Shown here: in pieces, positions 9,257-19,078 of the stretch
Position numbering within the stretch: the first letter of the stretch is position 1
Layout of the letters: every line of letters begins with the position of its first letter
NCBI GenBank assembly: GCA_963803705.1
Contig: CAWDNU010000005.1
Span: forward strand, 1-64,000
Direction of reading: 5' to 3'
Length of the DNA: 64,000 nucleotides
DNA from: an uncultured Pseudobdellovibrionaceae bacterium
GTDB lineage: Bacteria; Bdellovibrionota; Bdellovibrionia; Bdellovibrionales; UBA1609
Notes under the pieces: model-generated
Databases searched by the model: none
What the model was told of the DNA's origin: nothing
Seen by the model: only the letters and a program-made list of their open reading frames with translations
Made by a program: the position numbers and the translations under genes

Positions 9257-10573
9257 TTAGTCAAAATACTTCATAAGGCCTGGTCTTGTTTTACCCAAAA
9301 GGCCCAAAACGCTCACAAATATAAAAGCCCCACCTAGTTTTCGATCTAGAAAAATGGATTCTCTTGGTGGAACTCTTATTTTATGATTTCTAACAATGTC
9401 CCTACCAATCGCTGCGACCCGCTTCGGTAAATCTGTATGTCTCCAGTCATAATTTCCTTCAGCATCAGTAAAGGGATTGTCAGGATTTTCCGCGTAAGGC
9501 TCTCCGACTAAGCAGCAAAGCTGAAAGTATTTTTCTTTTAAATCCTGATCATCTTCTTGAAATAAGTATTTCATTTCATAAGCAGATTTAAAAATCATAT
9601 CTCTGTCTTTTTCAGCTGCTGCTTTGATTAACTTTCTAAATGGAGTTCCAAAATGATCGGGCACCTCTCTCATTGCGCCAAAATCATAAAGTACGATTTG
9701 GGCATCATTATCTTTATTGATTCGAACACGGTAATTGCCTAAATGAGGATCTGTTTGAACAAGTTTGAACTCGAACAACTCTTTATAGTATAAATCTAGA
9801 AAATTAAGTGCAATTTTATTTCTACTTTCTTGCGATAAATTTTGCACGGCCTTAGAATCGACCTTTTCTCCGGGCTCGTACTTAGTGGTCAGGACGTGAC
9901 GAGAACAATAATTTTCCATGACCTCCGGAACGACGAACCTTGCATCATTTTTAAGTTTGTTAAATATTTGCTCTGTCCAAATACGTTCAAGGTCGTAATT
10001 TGTCTCTTGAATTAACATTGTTTCTACTTCTTCAAAAAACTGGTCGGTTCGTGGGCTTTTGGGAATAATCTGCGCGACACTGAACAAAGATTTTAAAGCC
10101 CTTAAATCACTTTTTATGGCCCGTTCTACCCCAGGGTACTGAATTTTTATTGCCACTTCTTGTCGACTAATCTTATCGTAGGCCTTATGTACTTGCCCTA
10201 AAGATGCAGCTGCAATCGCTTCAGGATCGATTTCTAGATTTTTAAGTTTATCAGGACCTAGTTCAATATCAAGAAAGCCTTTAATCTGGTCCCAAGGTAA
10301 TTTTGGAGAATCAGACTGTAAGTTTTTTAAATATTCGTTGGCTTTTGGAGGAAGGAAATGCTCGCCATACATAGAAACAGTCTGGCCAACTTTCATCAAG
10401 CTGCCTTTTAGCTGACCAAGTTCTTCGGATAGAAGCTTCATTTGCTGAATTAAATAGTCCTCGCGGTCAGTTCCTACAAGCTGTTTAGCTGCCAGTGCGC
10501 CAGATTTCAAAGATAATTTGGCTAATGCTAAACTACGTTGGAAGACCCCAGTCTTAATTTTTTTCATTAACAT
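9257..10573 (-). CDS. ABC1/UbiB/AarF family atypical kinase
   Basis: LKGSLMKVGQ, AAASLGQVH, VAIKIQYPG, QTDPHLGNY, DFG. Confidence 0.92.
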   Translation of the reverse strand: MLMKKIKTGVFQRSLALAKLSLKSGALAAKQLVGTDREDYLIQQMKLLSEELGQLKGSLMKVGQTVSMYGEHFLPPKANEYLKNLQSDSPKLPWDQIKGFLDIELGPDKLKNLEIDPEAIAAASLGQVHKAYDKISRQEVAIKIQYPGVERAIKSDLRALKSLFSVAQIIPKSPRTDQFFEEVETMLIQETNYDLERIWTEQIFNKLKNDARFVVPEVMENYCSRHVLTTKYEPGEKVDSKAVQNLSQESRNKIALNFLDLYYKELFEFKLVQTDPHLGNYRVRINKDNDAQIVLYDFGAMREVPDHFGTPFRKLIKAAAEKDRDMIFKSAYEMKYLFQEDDQDLKEKYFQLCCLVGEPYAENPDNPFTDAEGNYDWRHTDLPKRVAAIGRDIVRNHKIRVPPRESIFLDRKLGGAFIFVSVLGLLGKTRPGLMKYFD

Positions 10574-10668
10574 CCTCAGTTTGCCGCTAAAAATTGTACT
10601 GTAAATCTAAGCTAATTTAAGATATTAACATAGCTTCGAATAACTTCATCTAATTTAGGTAGTGAAAA

Positions 10669-11796
10669 ATGAGAATTGCTAACATTATCGCCACAGGTTC
10701 CGAAGTGACCAGCGGTCAAATTTTAAATTCAAATGCCTCTTGGATCGCGCAGAAGTTACTAGATTACAATTTTGAAGTTCAGCGCCATTTGGCCGTGGAT
10801 GATAATCCTGCTCGTATATTGGAGACAATCATTTTCTGCCAGAAGAGATCTGATTTAGTTATAGTTACAGGTGGTTTAGGTCCAACCACGGATGACCTAA
10901 CAAGAAAATTGGTTGCAGACTGGTTAGGTTTGGAGTTGAAGTTTGATAACCAAGAATGGCTACGTATTCAAGCGCGTTTAAAAACTTTCGATTTAAAGCC
11001 CCGAGCTGGCCACAAGTGGCAAGCCTTTTTCCCAGAAGGATCCGAAGTGTTTGTGAACCATGCAGGCACCGCTTCTGGTTTTTCGATGAATGTCGTTGAG
11101 GAGAATTGCACATGCAATTTTTGGTTTTTGCCTGGCCCTCCTTTTGAGATAAAAAATATTTGGAAGGATCATTTGGATAAGAAACTTACACAGATAGGGC
11201 CTCAGAAAAAAGCTCAGTTGCTATCGTGGCAGTTCATTGATTTGGCAGAATCAGAGCTTGCTCACATTGTTGAACCTTTGCTTACGCCATTAGGGTTCGA
11301 GGTAGGTTACAGAGCCTCACCTCCGCTAGTTGAGCTAAAAGTTTGGGTTCCGCAATCAGTGGATATTACTACTGTAAAAGCTTTCACAGCAATTGAAAAG
11401 AAACTTTCGAACCATATCCACTTTAAGAACTTTAAGGATCCAATGATCGAGTTTTTCAAAGGTCCTTTCGCAAAATTAGGATCCGACTGTTTGTACATTC
11501 AAGATGAAGTCACTCAAGGAGAACTGCTGAACCGAATTCAAAACTTAAAGTCCTTAGATATTCAGGGACTTAAGTTACCTGAAATATATTATTCAAACCT
11601 GGAGTTTAAGGATGCCAAATATCCTCTGCTTAAGGTTTTTCAGACGGAAGACTTATCATTTTGCTTCGAGTTTTGGTTAGATAGTTCGAAAAGTTGCAAT
11701 GCAAAGACAAAATTCACTAGAAAAGTGTCATCATTAAGGCAAAAAAAATGGATTTGTGAAATGCTTTTTAAGAAACTTTTAAATGCAATTGCTTAA
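10669..11796 (+). CDS. cinA: CinA-like protein (molybdopterin-binding N-domain; degenerate C-terminus)
   Basis: GSEVTSGQILNSN, TGGLGPTTDDLT, LPGPPFE. Confidence 0.8.
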   Translation: MRIANIIATGSEVTSGQILNSNASWIAQKLLDYNFEVQRHLAVDDNPARILETIIFCQKRSDLVIVTGGLGPTTDDLTRKLVADWLGLELKFDNQEWLRIQARLKTFDLKPRAGHKWQAFFPEGSEVFVNHAGTASGFSMNVVEENCTCNFWFLPGPPFEIKNIWKDHLDKKLTQIGPQKKAQLLSWQFIDLAESELAHIVEPLLTPLGFEVGYRASPPLVELKVWVPQSVDITTVKAFTAIEKKLSNHIHFKNFKDPMIEFFKGPFAKLGSDCLYIQDEVTQGELLNRIQNLKSLDIQGLKLPEIYYSNLEFKDAKYPLLKVFQTEDLSFCFEFWLDSSKSCNAKTKFTRKVSSLRQKKWICEMLFKKLLNAIA

Positions 11797-11913
11797 ATAG
11801 ATAGCTTTGTTTGGAGTCAGCTTAAAATAGTTCTATCTAAAAACCGTGAATTCTAATAAGCATAGGATTGCAAAATATTTATATCTTCTATTCGTAACCG
11901 GGGGCGAAAGGCA

Positions 11914-12852
11914 TTGTATTTTGAAGGGCCAGAAAAAAAATTAGAAATTTATAGTCTTGAATCTAGATTCTTAAGTTATCCCCAGTCTTTCTGGGTGGAT
12001 CTTGTTTCTAGCTGCGGTGCTGAAATAATTAAGCAGTCTGAAACTGAGACCTGCAAATTTTTTTTACTTTCTGAATCCAGTCTGTTTGTATGGAATCACA
12101 AGCTACTGATGATCACTTGTGGTCGCACCGAACTGATCAATTCTGCAAGGTTTATGCTTAAAAAAATTGGTCTTACCGCATTTGATCATCTCTTCTTTCA
12201 GCGAAAAAATGAATACTTTCCAGAATATCAAAAAAGCTTCGTCTTTGAGGACTTCAAAAATTTGAAGGAAATGTTTCCACTTGGATATGGCCTTAGGTTT
12301 GGTGACAAAGATGATCATCACCTAAATATATTCGAATACAGCTCAAAGCCTATTACACCCGATGAAGATGTTAATTTGGAAGTGCTAATGTACGGAGTCG
12401 AGAATAAAATTCTTGAGATGTTTTTAAATCCAACTGATCAAAGTAAACAGCATCTTTCGAAGTTATTGTTAGAATTTTTCCCAGACTTTGAAATTGATGA
12501 ACATTGGTTTGAACCCTATGGTTATTCAATGAACGCAGTTTTAAACAAGAATTATGGGACAATTCACGTCACCCCCGAAAAAGGGCAAAACTATATAAGT
12601 TTTGAAATTAACAATATAAAAAGAGAGCTTGTTTCAGTATTCTTAAACGCGATAGATAAAAAATTTAAACCTAGATCATGCGACATGGTTTATTTTGACC
12701 CTAATTCTAAAGAAGCTTTGAATATCCACATGGAAAACTGGGTGGTCAGGCAAAGTAGATTTGATATTTTAAGGTCAGGCTACGGCGTCAGTTACTGTCA
12801 TTGGGCTAGTAGAAATGTGGTGTCTGAACCTGCAGAGCAAATACAATTTTAA
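11914..12852 (+). CDS. speD: S-adenosylmethionine decarboxylase proenzyme (eukaryote-like class)
   Basis: FEGPEKKLEI, LLSESSLFV cleavage site, ITCG, FEPYGYSMN, TIHVTPE; adjacent to speE. Confidence 0.9.
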   Translation: MYFEGPEKKLEIYSLESRFLSYPQSFWVDLVSSCGAEIIKQSETETCKFFLLSESSLFVWNHKLLMITCGRTELINSARFMLKKIGLTAFDHLFFQRKNEYFPEYQKSFVFEDFKNLKEMFPLGYGLRFGDKDDHHLNIFEYSSKPITPDEDVNLEVLMYGVENKILEMFLNPTDQSKQHLSKLLLEFFPDFEIDEHWFEPYGYSMNAVLNKNYGTIHVTPEKGQNYISFEINNIKRELVSVFLNAIDKKFKPRSCDMVYFDPNSKEALNIHMENWVVRQSRFDILRSGYGVSYCHWASRNVVSEPAEQIQF

Positions 12853-12900
12853 ATGGAAAAACTTAGATTTTAAATATTTATAAATGCTTAGGAGTTTTTA

Positions 12901-13746
12901 ATGAGCGATAACTGGATTACTGAGACTTACAAAGGTATTTATAAAATGAGTTATAAATACTCTGAAAAATTGTTTTCAGGAAGAAGTGAATTTCAAAAAG
13001 TTGAGGTTTACAAAACTGAACATTTGGGCAATGTTTTACTTAATGATGATTTCATGATGTGCTCTGAAAAAGATGAGTTCGTTTACCACGAAATGATCTG
13101 TCATGTGCCACTATCAGTTCACCCAAACCCCAGAAAGGTATTAATTATTGGAGGCGGTGATGGTGGCACTGCCCGCGAAGTCCTGAAGCACGAGTCTGTC
13201 GAAAAAGTTGTTATGGTCGAAATCGATGAAATGGTTGTAAATGCCTGCAAAGAATTTTTGCCTTCGACTTCAAGTAAACTTACTTCTGCTAGGCTTGAGC
13301 TTTATATTGAAGATGGCCTAAAGTATGCTAAAGAGACTGCTGAAAAGTTTGATGTTGTGATGATTGATTCAACTGATCCTATAGGGCCTGCAGCTCCTTT
13401 ATTCGGTGAAGAGTTTTATCGAGATATTTTTAAATGCACCACGGATAGTGCAGTCATAGTTGCTCAATGTGAAAGCCCTTTTTTGTTCTTAGAAACACAA
13501 CAATCGACCTTAAACGTTTTTTCAAAAGTTTTTCCAAAAGTTCAAATATACAATTACTCTAATATCACTTACCCCGGGGGACTTTGGTCCTTTGCTTTTG
13601 CATCCAAAGGGTTGGACCCAATTGCAGACTTTAAAGTCACTGTTACAGACGAAATGGACTTGAAATATTACAATTCGCAAGTTCATAAAGCAGCTTTTAG
13701 CTTACCTAATTTCCAAAGAAAAAGCTTAAGCTCTTTTATAAAGTGA
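12901..13746 (+). CDS. speE: Spermidine synthase
   Basis: DEFVYHEMI, VLIIGGGDGG, DSTDPIGPA. Confidence 0.95.
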   Translation: MSDNWITETYKGIYKMSYKYSEKLFSGRSEFQKVEVYKTEHLGNVLLNDDFMMCSEKDEFVYHEMICHVPLSVHPNPRKVLIIGGGDGGTAREVLKHESVEKVVMVEIDEMVVNACKEFLPSTSSKLTSARLELYIEDGLKYAKETAEKFDVVMIDSTDPIGPAAPLFGEEFYRDIFKCTTDSAVIVAQCESPFLFLETQQSTLNVFSKVFPKVQIYNYSNITYPGGLWSFAFASKGLDPIADFKVTVTDEMDLKYYNSQVHKAAFSLPNFQRKSLSSFIK

Positions 13747-13747
13747 A

Positions 13748-14446
13748 TTGATAGTGTCAAGTTTTCATCTTAGCCCAAATTGGCCGTTTAAAATTCAAAT
13801 TCTTGAAAAAGAGTTTGATGTAACAAGGATTATTTCAACATTCGATTTTTTGGTAACCGAAGCAAGGAAGCAAAAGATCGAGCGCATTGTAAAGCTGAGG
13901 TCTAGAAGTTGTGTCCCAATTCTTGAAAACATTTATGACAGAGGTAACACTTCTGCAGTTATGAGAAGTGCCGAATCTTTTGGTTTTTTTGACTTCCATA
14001 TTATCGATAAAAGTAAAGACTTTAAAGAATCCTCTAGGGTGACCCAAGGGGCGGATAAGTGGCTAAACGTAAATCGGTCAACCAACACCTACAAGACTTT
14101 AACTAAGTTAAAAATTCGTGGAGTCAAAATTTACACTACAGCTTTAACCCAAACTGCAATAGAAATTAAAGACCTGGATTTTTCTTCGGATGTAGCTTTT
14201 GTATTTGGGAATGAAAAAGACGGAGTATCTAAGGAAGCACTGGATTTGTCGGATGGTAATATTTTGATTCCTATGGTGGGCTTTACTCAAAGCTTCAATA
14301 TATCTGTAGCGGCGGCCCTATGTTTTCAAGAAGCTCGAAAGATATCTAGGACTGTTTCGGAAGAGGAGGCTAATGCATTAAAAGCAAGCTACATTTTAAA
14401 CAGTCTTCAATTAAGCCACGATCAAATGCTATCCCTTTTAGTGTGA
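13748..14446 (+). CDS. trmH: tRNA Gm18 2'-O-methyltransferase (SPOUT)
   Basis: ENIYDRGNTSAVMRS, FGNEKDG, IPMVGFTQSFNISVA. Confidence 0.85.
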   Translation: MIVSSFHLSPNWPFKIQILEKEFDVTRIISTFDFLVTEARKQKIERIVKLRSRSCVPILENIYDRGNTSAVMRSAESFGFFDFHIIDKSKDFKESSRVTQGADKWLNVNRSTNTYKTLTKLKIRGVKIYTTALTQTAIEIKDLDFSSDVAFVFGNEKDGVSKEALDLSDGNILIPMVGFTQSFNISVAAALCFQEARKISRTVSEEEANALKASYILNSLQLSHDQMLSLLV

Positions 14447-14482
14447 ACCCTGTCCTTTCACTCCAACAAAATTAAACTACGG

Positions 14483-14607
14483 GGGCCTGTTGAAAAAGCA
14501 TCATCTTCGTTGTTGCCTTCGCTTAAATCTCATTCGACGTAGATAAACTACGACTCATTCGATTTTAAGCTTGGACGCCTAGAATCTAATACTATTTCAA
14601 CAGGCCC
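14483..14607. mobile_element. 125-bp MITE-like element with 13-bp terminal inverted repeats and ACGG target duplication
   Basis: GGGCCTGTTGAAA (14483-14495) / TTTCAACAGGCCC (14595-14607); ACGG at 14479-14482 and 14608-14611; nested internal inverted repeats. Confidence 0.75.
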
Positions 14608-14620
14608 ACGGGAGAATAAT

Positions 14621-14788
14621 CTATTTTATTTTCTTATTTTCGGGACTTGAATCATCAGGTTTGGCTGGCCCATCGACTACCAGGTCACAGTATGTTTTTT
14701 TTGACGTGCTAGAGCATGCTGTCGTAAAGAGGCAAAATGTTAAAATTGGCAGAACTATCAGGAAACTTTTTCTTAATAAGTAAATCAT
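14621..14788 (-). CDS. Small putative lipoprotein
   Basis: From ATG 14788: MIYLLRK-hydrophobic-TTAC-SS lipobox-like; 55 aa. Confidence 0.45.
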   Translation of the reverse strand: MIYLLRKSFLIVLPILTFCLFTTACSSTSKKTYCDLVVDGPAKPDDSSPENKKIK

Positions 14789-14944
14789 GGTCTTATTTTG
14801 CGAGTAACTGTTGCAAATCACTAGCTTGAACTCTATAAAAATCTATAAACTGGACCGATGTCGCACTAGCTTTTGCAAATATAAAATATGCTTAAAGTAT
14901 TAAGCCACCTGACAAACGTCTGCGACAGTATAAGGAGCTAAATA

Positions 14945-15352
14945 GTGAGTGATTCTAAATTATATGGTGAAATTGAAATCCAAAACGCAAAATTGGAGCC
15001 TTTTGATAATAGAAATCCAGATCGCGATTACATGGTAAAGTTTCAGTGCCCTGAGTTCACATGTATTTGCCCTCGAAGTGGATTTCCAGATTTTGCTACT
15101 ATTCACATAAGTTACGTTCCTGATCAGAAATGTGTCGAGCTTAAGTCATTAAAGCTCTATATAAATAAATTTAGAGATGTAAAAATGTTCCACGAAGACG
15201 TTACGAACCTGATCTTGGATGACCTGGTAAAGCTTTTAAACCCAAGGTGGCTGATGGTTGAGTCAGATTTTAATGTTCGAGGGAATATTCATACCATGGT
15301 CAGAGCTGTTCATAAGCAACCCGAGTATGAATTACCTGAAGACTTAATTTAG
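14945..15352 (+). CDS. queF: preQ0 nitrile reductase QueF (single-domain type)
   Basis: PEFTCICPRSGFPDFA, ELKSLKLY, FHED, FNVRGNI. Confidence 0.95.
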   Translation: MSDSKLYGEIEIQNAKLEPFDNRNPDRDYMVKFQCPEFTCICPRSGFPDFATIHISYVPDQKCVELKSLKLYINKFRDVKMFHEDVTNLILDDLVKLLNPRWLMVESDFNVRGNIHTMVRAVHKQPEYELPEDLI

Positions 15353-15403
15353 ATCGGCTTTACTTTGACTTAAACCTTTGAGATATTATTTTTTAAATTT
15401 TAA

Positions 15404-15480
15404 CCGCTTGTAGCTCAATTGGATAGAGTACCAGATTTCGAATCTGGGTGTTGGGAGTTCGAGTCTCTCCAGGCGGGCCA
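15404..15480 (+). tRNA. tRNA-Arg (anticodon UCG)
   Basis: Acceptor CCGCTTG/CAGGCGG; anticodon arm CCAGA-TTTCGAA-TCTGG; T arm GGGAG-TTCGAGT-CTCTC; encoded CCA. Confidence 0.97.
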
Positions 15481-15571
15481 ACTAATTTCTTTAATAATTT
15501 CATTATTTTATAGATTGGGGCAATTTGCGGTTACGAACTTTTAACATAGGCCGCATCGAAAGACAGATAAA

Positions 15572-16028
15572 CTAGGTATCTTGGCTCATGATTGAAAGCA
15601 AATCGTTTAGATAAAACGTTTGCAGGTTTTCTCCATCTAAAATAATCTCAAGTTTAGGACTTTGGTTTTCAAAAAGATCAATTTCCTTAATAGATAAAGT
15701 TAGTGGCCACCTTTGTATCTTTCCGCCAAATCGTGCCATTAATATTTGTGCAGAGCCAGAAGCATGGCTGAAAAACTTTTTCTCAATATTAGGCCAATTT
15801 TTTGGTTCAGGGCTACTGCCACTACGGGTGGGAACTATAAATAAGAGTGGCGTTCAAAAAAATGAGTTCAAGATAGTTTTTATGAAATAAAATTGAACGA
15901 TTAGATGTCCCTTGACCTGTGTGATGATACAACTTGCTAACTTTAAGACCGTGTTTTTCTGCATTTTGCACTTCCCTTAGGTTGGGCGAGCAGAAACAAA
16001 AAATGTGATCTAATTCGAATTTACTCAT
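15572..16028 (-). pseudogene. VOC/glyoxalase-like protein, frameshifted and probably internally deleted
   Basis: ELDHIF...HTGQGTSNRSILFHKNYLELIF; continues in another frame from about 15855 (TPLLFIVP...FFSHASG...) to TAG at 15572. Confidence 0.65.
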
Positions 16029-16137
16029 TAGTTCATCAAAACAAAGTTTTAAAACTTAGTCACTACAGTAGAATTTAGAATCGAATAAATTCAGAAAAAT
16101 CCTTGAATAAAATGTTAACTTTAATAAAGTGTTGGTA

Positions 16138-16542
16138 TTAGCTTGGAAAGTCTGTGCGATCTGGTTCAATAAAATTGATTCTAGAATCTTTCGACTTTAA
16201 AAGATCGGGAGAATAAAAGAAATAAATTGAATTCCAAACGAGAAGGTGCGGATTTCTACTGCAGAAATCTTCTGAATCCAGCGATGGTTCAGAAAATCTA
16301 ATTACTGAATTAATTATTTTGCACGAAGCAACCGTCAAAGTCTCATGAAATTGTGAATCACTAGTGCCATGAGCCTTATTAAGATTTTTAAGGCCATGTC
16401 TAACTTTTTCAATGCTTTCATCAAGTGTGAATATGTTTAGATAAATATACGCCATTTTTATATGACTGCGGTGAGTCCATTCAGATTTTAAGATCGCACA
16501 ACTTTCAAAGTCCTTAATAAATTTTTGATCGCTCATTCTCAT
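16138..16542 (-). CDS. Conserved-looking hypothetical protein
   Basis: 134 aa with HRSHIKMAY, FHETLT and FIEPD motifs. Confidence 0.7.
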   Translation of the reverse strand: MRMSDQKFIKDFESCAILKSEWTHRSHIKMAYIYLNIFTLDESIEKVRHGLKNLNKAHGTSDSQFHETLTVASCKIINSVIRFSEPSLDSEDFCSRNPHLLVWNSIYFFYSPDLLKSKDSRINFIEPDRTDFPS

Positions 16543-16656
16543 AGATTAACTTATCTCTGATATTTGGTCATATATTCGTGTCATCAGCTTATAGTCAGTG
16601 GTCTAGTTAATGTTTCCATAATTGGACTTGAGTTATTGCAACTCTTAAACGTAAAG

Positions 16657-16685
16657 GTTCTAAATTCATTCCATCTGGCGAACCA
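16657..16685 (+). repeat. att-like site copy 1
   Basis: GTTCTAAATTCATTCCATCTGGCGAACCA (2 mismatches to consensus). Confidence 0.9.
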
Positions 16686-16711
16686 AACTTGCTAACTTAT
16701 TAAAATTATTA

Positions 16712-16764
16712 CGTATATCGATATAAAATCAAAGGTTTCATTTTATATCGATATACGGTATAAT
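16712..16764 (+). promoter_or_regulatory. higBA operator/promoter
   Basis: Perfect 18-bp inverted repeat (16712-16729 / 16740-16757), each arm containing the palindrome TATATCGATATA; TATAAT at 16759-16764. Confidence 0.7.
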
Positions 16765-16770
16765 CATATA

Positions 16771-17064
16771 ATGATAGCGAGCATCAGAGGCAAAACAACT
16801 CAGGATATTTTTGATGGAGTGGCATCTAAAGCATCAAGAAAAGTACCCAACGAGATCCATGAGAAAGCAGAAGACCTACTAGATGCTATTAACGCTATCG
16901 TAAAGATTGACGATTTGAATTCTCCACCTAGTCATCGATTGCATAAGCTAAAGGGAGATCGAAAAGATTATTGGAGTGTAAGCATAAATGATCAATGGCG
17001 AATTATTTTTAAATGGGATGGAAGCAATGCGATTGAAGTTGAGATTATAGATTATCATAAATAA
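16771..17064 (+). CDS. higB: HigB (RelE/ParE-family) toxin
   Basis: PPSHRLHKLKGDRKDYWSVSINDQWRIIFKW...EIIDYH. Confidence 0.93.
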   Translation: MIASIRGKTTQDIFDGVASKASRKVPNEIHEKAEDLLDAINAIVKIDDLNSPPSHRLHKLKGDRKDYWSVSINDQWRIIFKWDGSNAIEVEIIDYHK

Positions 17065-17067
17065 GGA

Positions 17068-17361
17068 GTGAATAAAATGAGACCAAAAAACAGAGCACCT
17101 AAACATCCTGGTGAAATTTTACAAAGGATTTTTTTAAACGATATGGGCATTAACCAATCTGAACTAGCTCGTCATTTGGGTTGGGCTCCAGGTAAAGTTA
17201 ACGAAATTATTAATAAAAAAAGAGGCATAACCGCTGAAACAGCTCTGGCATTTGCGGATGCTCTCAAGACGAGTGCTGAATTTTGGCTTAACCTCCAATC
17301 TAATTATGATCTATGGCAAGCAGAGCAATCACACAAAAAAATTCAGGCCATCGGAGCTTAG
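17068..17361 (+). CDS. higA: HigA antitoxin (Xre HTH)
   Basis: HPGEIL...RGITAETAL...SAEFWLNLQSNYDL. Confidence 0.93.
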   Translation: MNKMRPKNRAPKHPGEILQRIFLNDMGINQSELARHLGWAPGKVNEIINKKRGITAETALAFADALKTSAEFWLNLQSNYDLWQAEQSHKKIQAIGA

Positions 17362-17429
17362 TATTTAAGTATAGCAAAATTTATTTGTCCTCAGTAGAAG
17401 AAATTATTACCATTTTTTGTAGTATAAAA

Positions 17430-17458
17430 GTTCTAAATTCATTCCATCTGGCGGGCCA
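17430..17458 (+). repeat. att-like site copy 2
   Basis: GTTCTAAATTCATTCCATCTGGCGGGCCA (consensus). Confidence 0.92.
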
Positions 17459-17656
17459 AATTTTTTTCAGTTTTCAGCGTTCAATTTCAAAATATTAGGT
17501 AGAGAGTAGTTTTATGATTCAGCTTGGTGTAAGCAAAACAGCTTTATCATTGTCAAACCTAATATACGTGCCTGTGATCACCTATAAAATTTACACTCCC
17601 AACCTATAATCTTAATATCTAATTGATTTTCAATCTTATATTTAGGAGCTAAGGTT

Positions 17657-18835
17657 ATGAACTATAGATTACTTTTATTGATTATTTTGATTGGTCCAAA
17701 GGGGCACGCTGTTGAATGCCAGCTCGGTGCAAATTCTATAGATAGTGTTCAAATAAATTCTACGAATTTAAATTATAAATATAAATTTTTAAAAGGTTCA
17801 GATTCGACAAAACCTGTTGTTATTTACCTTCCCGGTGGGCCAGGAAGCACTTCGATCTCTGATGAAGACACCAGGTTATCTAAAGACTATGGAATGATAC
17901 AAACTGACCCGAGGGGCACAGGATGTAATGCAAATTTATATGATCCAAATGTGAATTTAACCACGACTGATTTGGCTAAAGATGTTTTTGAAATTATTAA
18001 AAAAGAAAATTTGACCCATTATATTATCTACGGTCATTCTTATGGAACAGCACTAGCAACCGTGCTTACTTACTATATTGAAGCCCAAAACACTATCCCT
18101 CGTCCAGCAGCTGTAGTTCTTGAGGGAGTTTTGGGGCGCGTATTTCTAGGCACTGAAGAAGATCAAGGTTATCTCAAAGAGTGGTTTGATTTCAAAGGAC
18201 AATCCACAGAACTTGAAAGATTTAGGAATTCGTACTTAGAACTTGGCTTTACTCCTCTTGAACTGGGTAATTTCATAAGCACTCTTTTGCTTCATGGTCA
18301 AAATCCAGCAGAACCTAATATATCACTTTTAGATTTTTTTTTGGGATTATCTGGAACAGCTAATGAAGATATTTTAAAAGAACAGATTCTTAGTTTTAAT
18401 GAGCCCTATGAACCCGAGTTAGTTCAATTGTACAGACAGATTGGGTGCGAAGAAATTTCAGAATCAGGATGGTCTTATGATAAAAGTTTTATTGATGGTG
18501 AGCTTGTATTAAAGCCAAGTAAGTTAGGTATTTGTGAAGGTTTTAGCTTCCAACAACCCTATGATTCCTATAATTATATTTTACAGACTCCAATTTATTA
18601 TTTTAACGGAATTAAAGACCCAGCCACTCCTTATTGGCAATCCGAGTATCATCAATCTCAGCAAATTCTTGCAAAGAAGAATGTGATTAATGTTGTAAAT
18701 GGGGGCCATATGCCGCTTGAATACAATCTTTCTGACTGCTCTGAATTTATATGGCATAGAATTTTAAGACTTGAAATTATTACTGAAAAACAGTTGGAAG
18801 TGGTATGTGCGCTTGAAACGAAAGTTGATCCGTAG
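17657..18835 (+). CDS. Secreted alpha/beta hydrolase (proline iminopeptidase/S33-like)
   Basis: Signal peptide; YLPGGPG, DPRGTG, GHSYG nucleophile, DPATP, GGH. Confidence 0.85.
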   Translation: MNYRLLLLIILIGPKGHAVECQLGANSIDSVQINSTNLNYKYKFLKGSDSTKPVVIYLPGGPGSTSISDEDTRLSKDYGMIQTDPRGTGCNANLYDPNVNLTTTDLAKDVFEIIKKENLTHYIIYGHSYGTALATVLTYYIEAQNTIPRPAAVVLEGVLGRVFLGTEEDQGYLKEWFDFKGQSTELERFRNSYLELGFTPLELGNFISTLLLHGQNPAEPNISLLDFFLGLSGTANEDILKEQILSFNEPYEPELVQLYRQIGCEEISESGWSYDKSFIDGELVLKPSKLGICEGFSFQQPYDSYNYILQTPIYYFNGIKDPATPYWQSEYHQSQQILAKKNVINVVNGGHMPLEYNLSDCSEFIWHRILRLEIITEKQLEVVCALETKVDP

Positions 18836-18936
18836 AAATTCAAGAGAGTGATTTTAAACCTAAAAATTTCATCCAAAGTCGTTACTTTCTTATTTCAAGC
18901 AAGTTAAATCGTCAGTCAGTTCAATAATATACCTAA

Positions 18937-18965
18937 GTTCTAAGTTCATACCATCTGGCGGGCCA
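18937..18965 (+). repeat. att-like site copy 3
   Basis: GTTCTAAGTTCATACCATCTGGCGGGCCA (2 mismatches). Confidence 0.9.
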
Positions 18966-19078
18966 ATTGTTTTGTGTTTAATTTTATCGTCCAGAATTGA
19001 TTTATTAGTAGAATTAAGATTTTTTGTTTTTAGTCTTCAAAAGCCTATGAATTATTGTTTGATTAAAGTTTTATGAAA

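Noticed and set aside
16071..16080. GAATTTAGAA, inverted 10-bp match to the site's left arm between the two genes of unit 1
   Set aside because: Short AT-rich match with no core; could be chance
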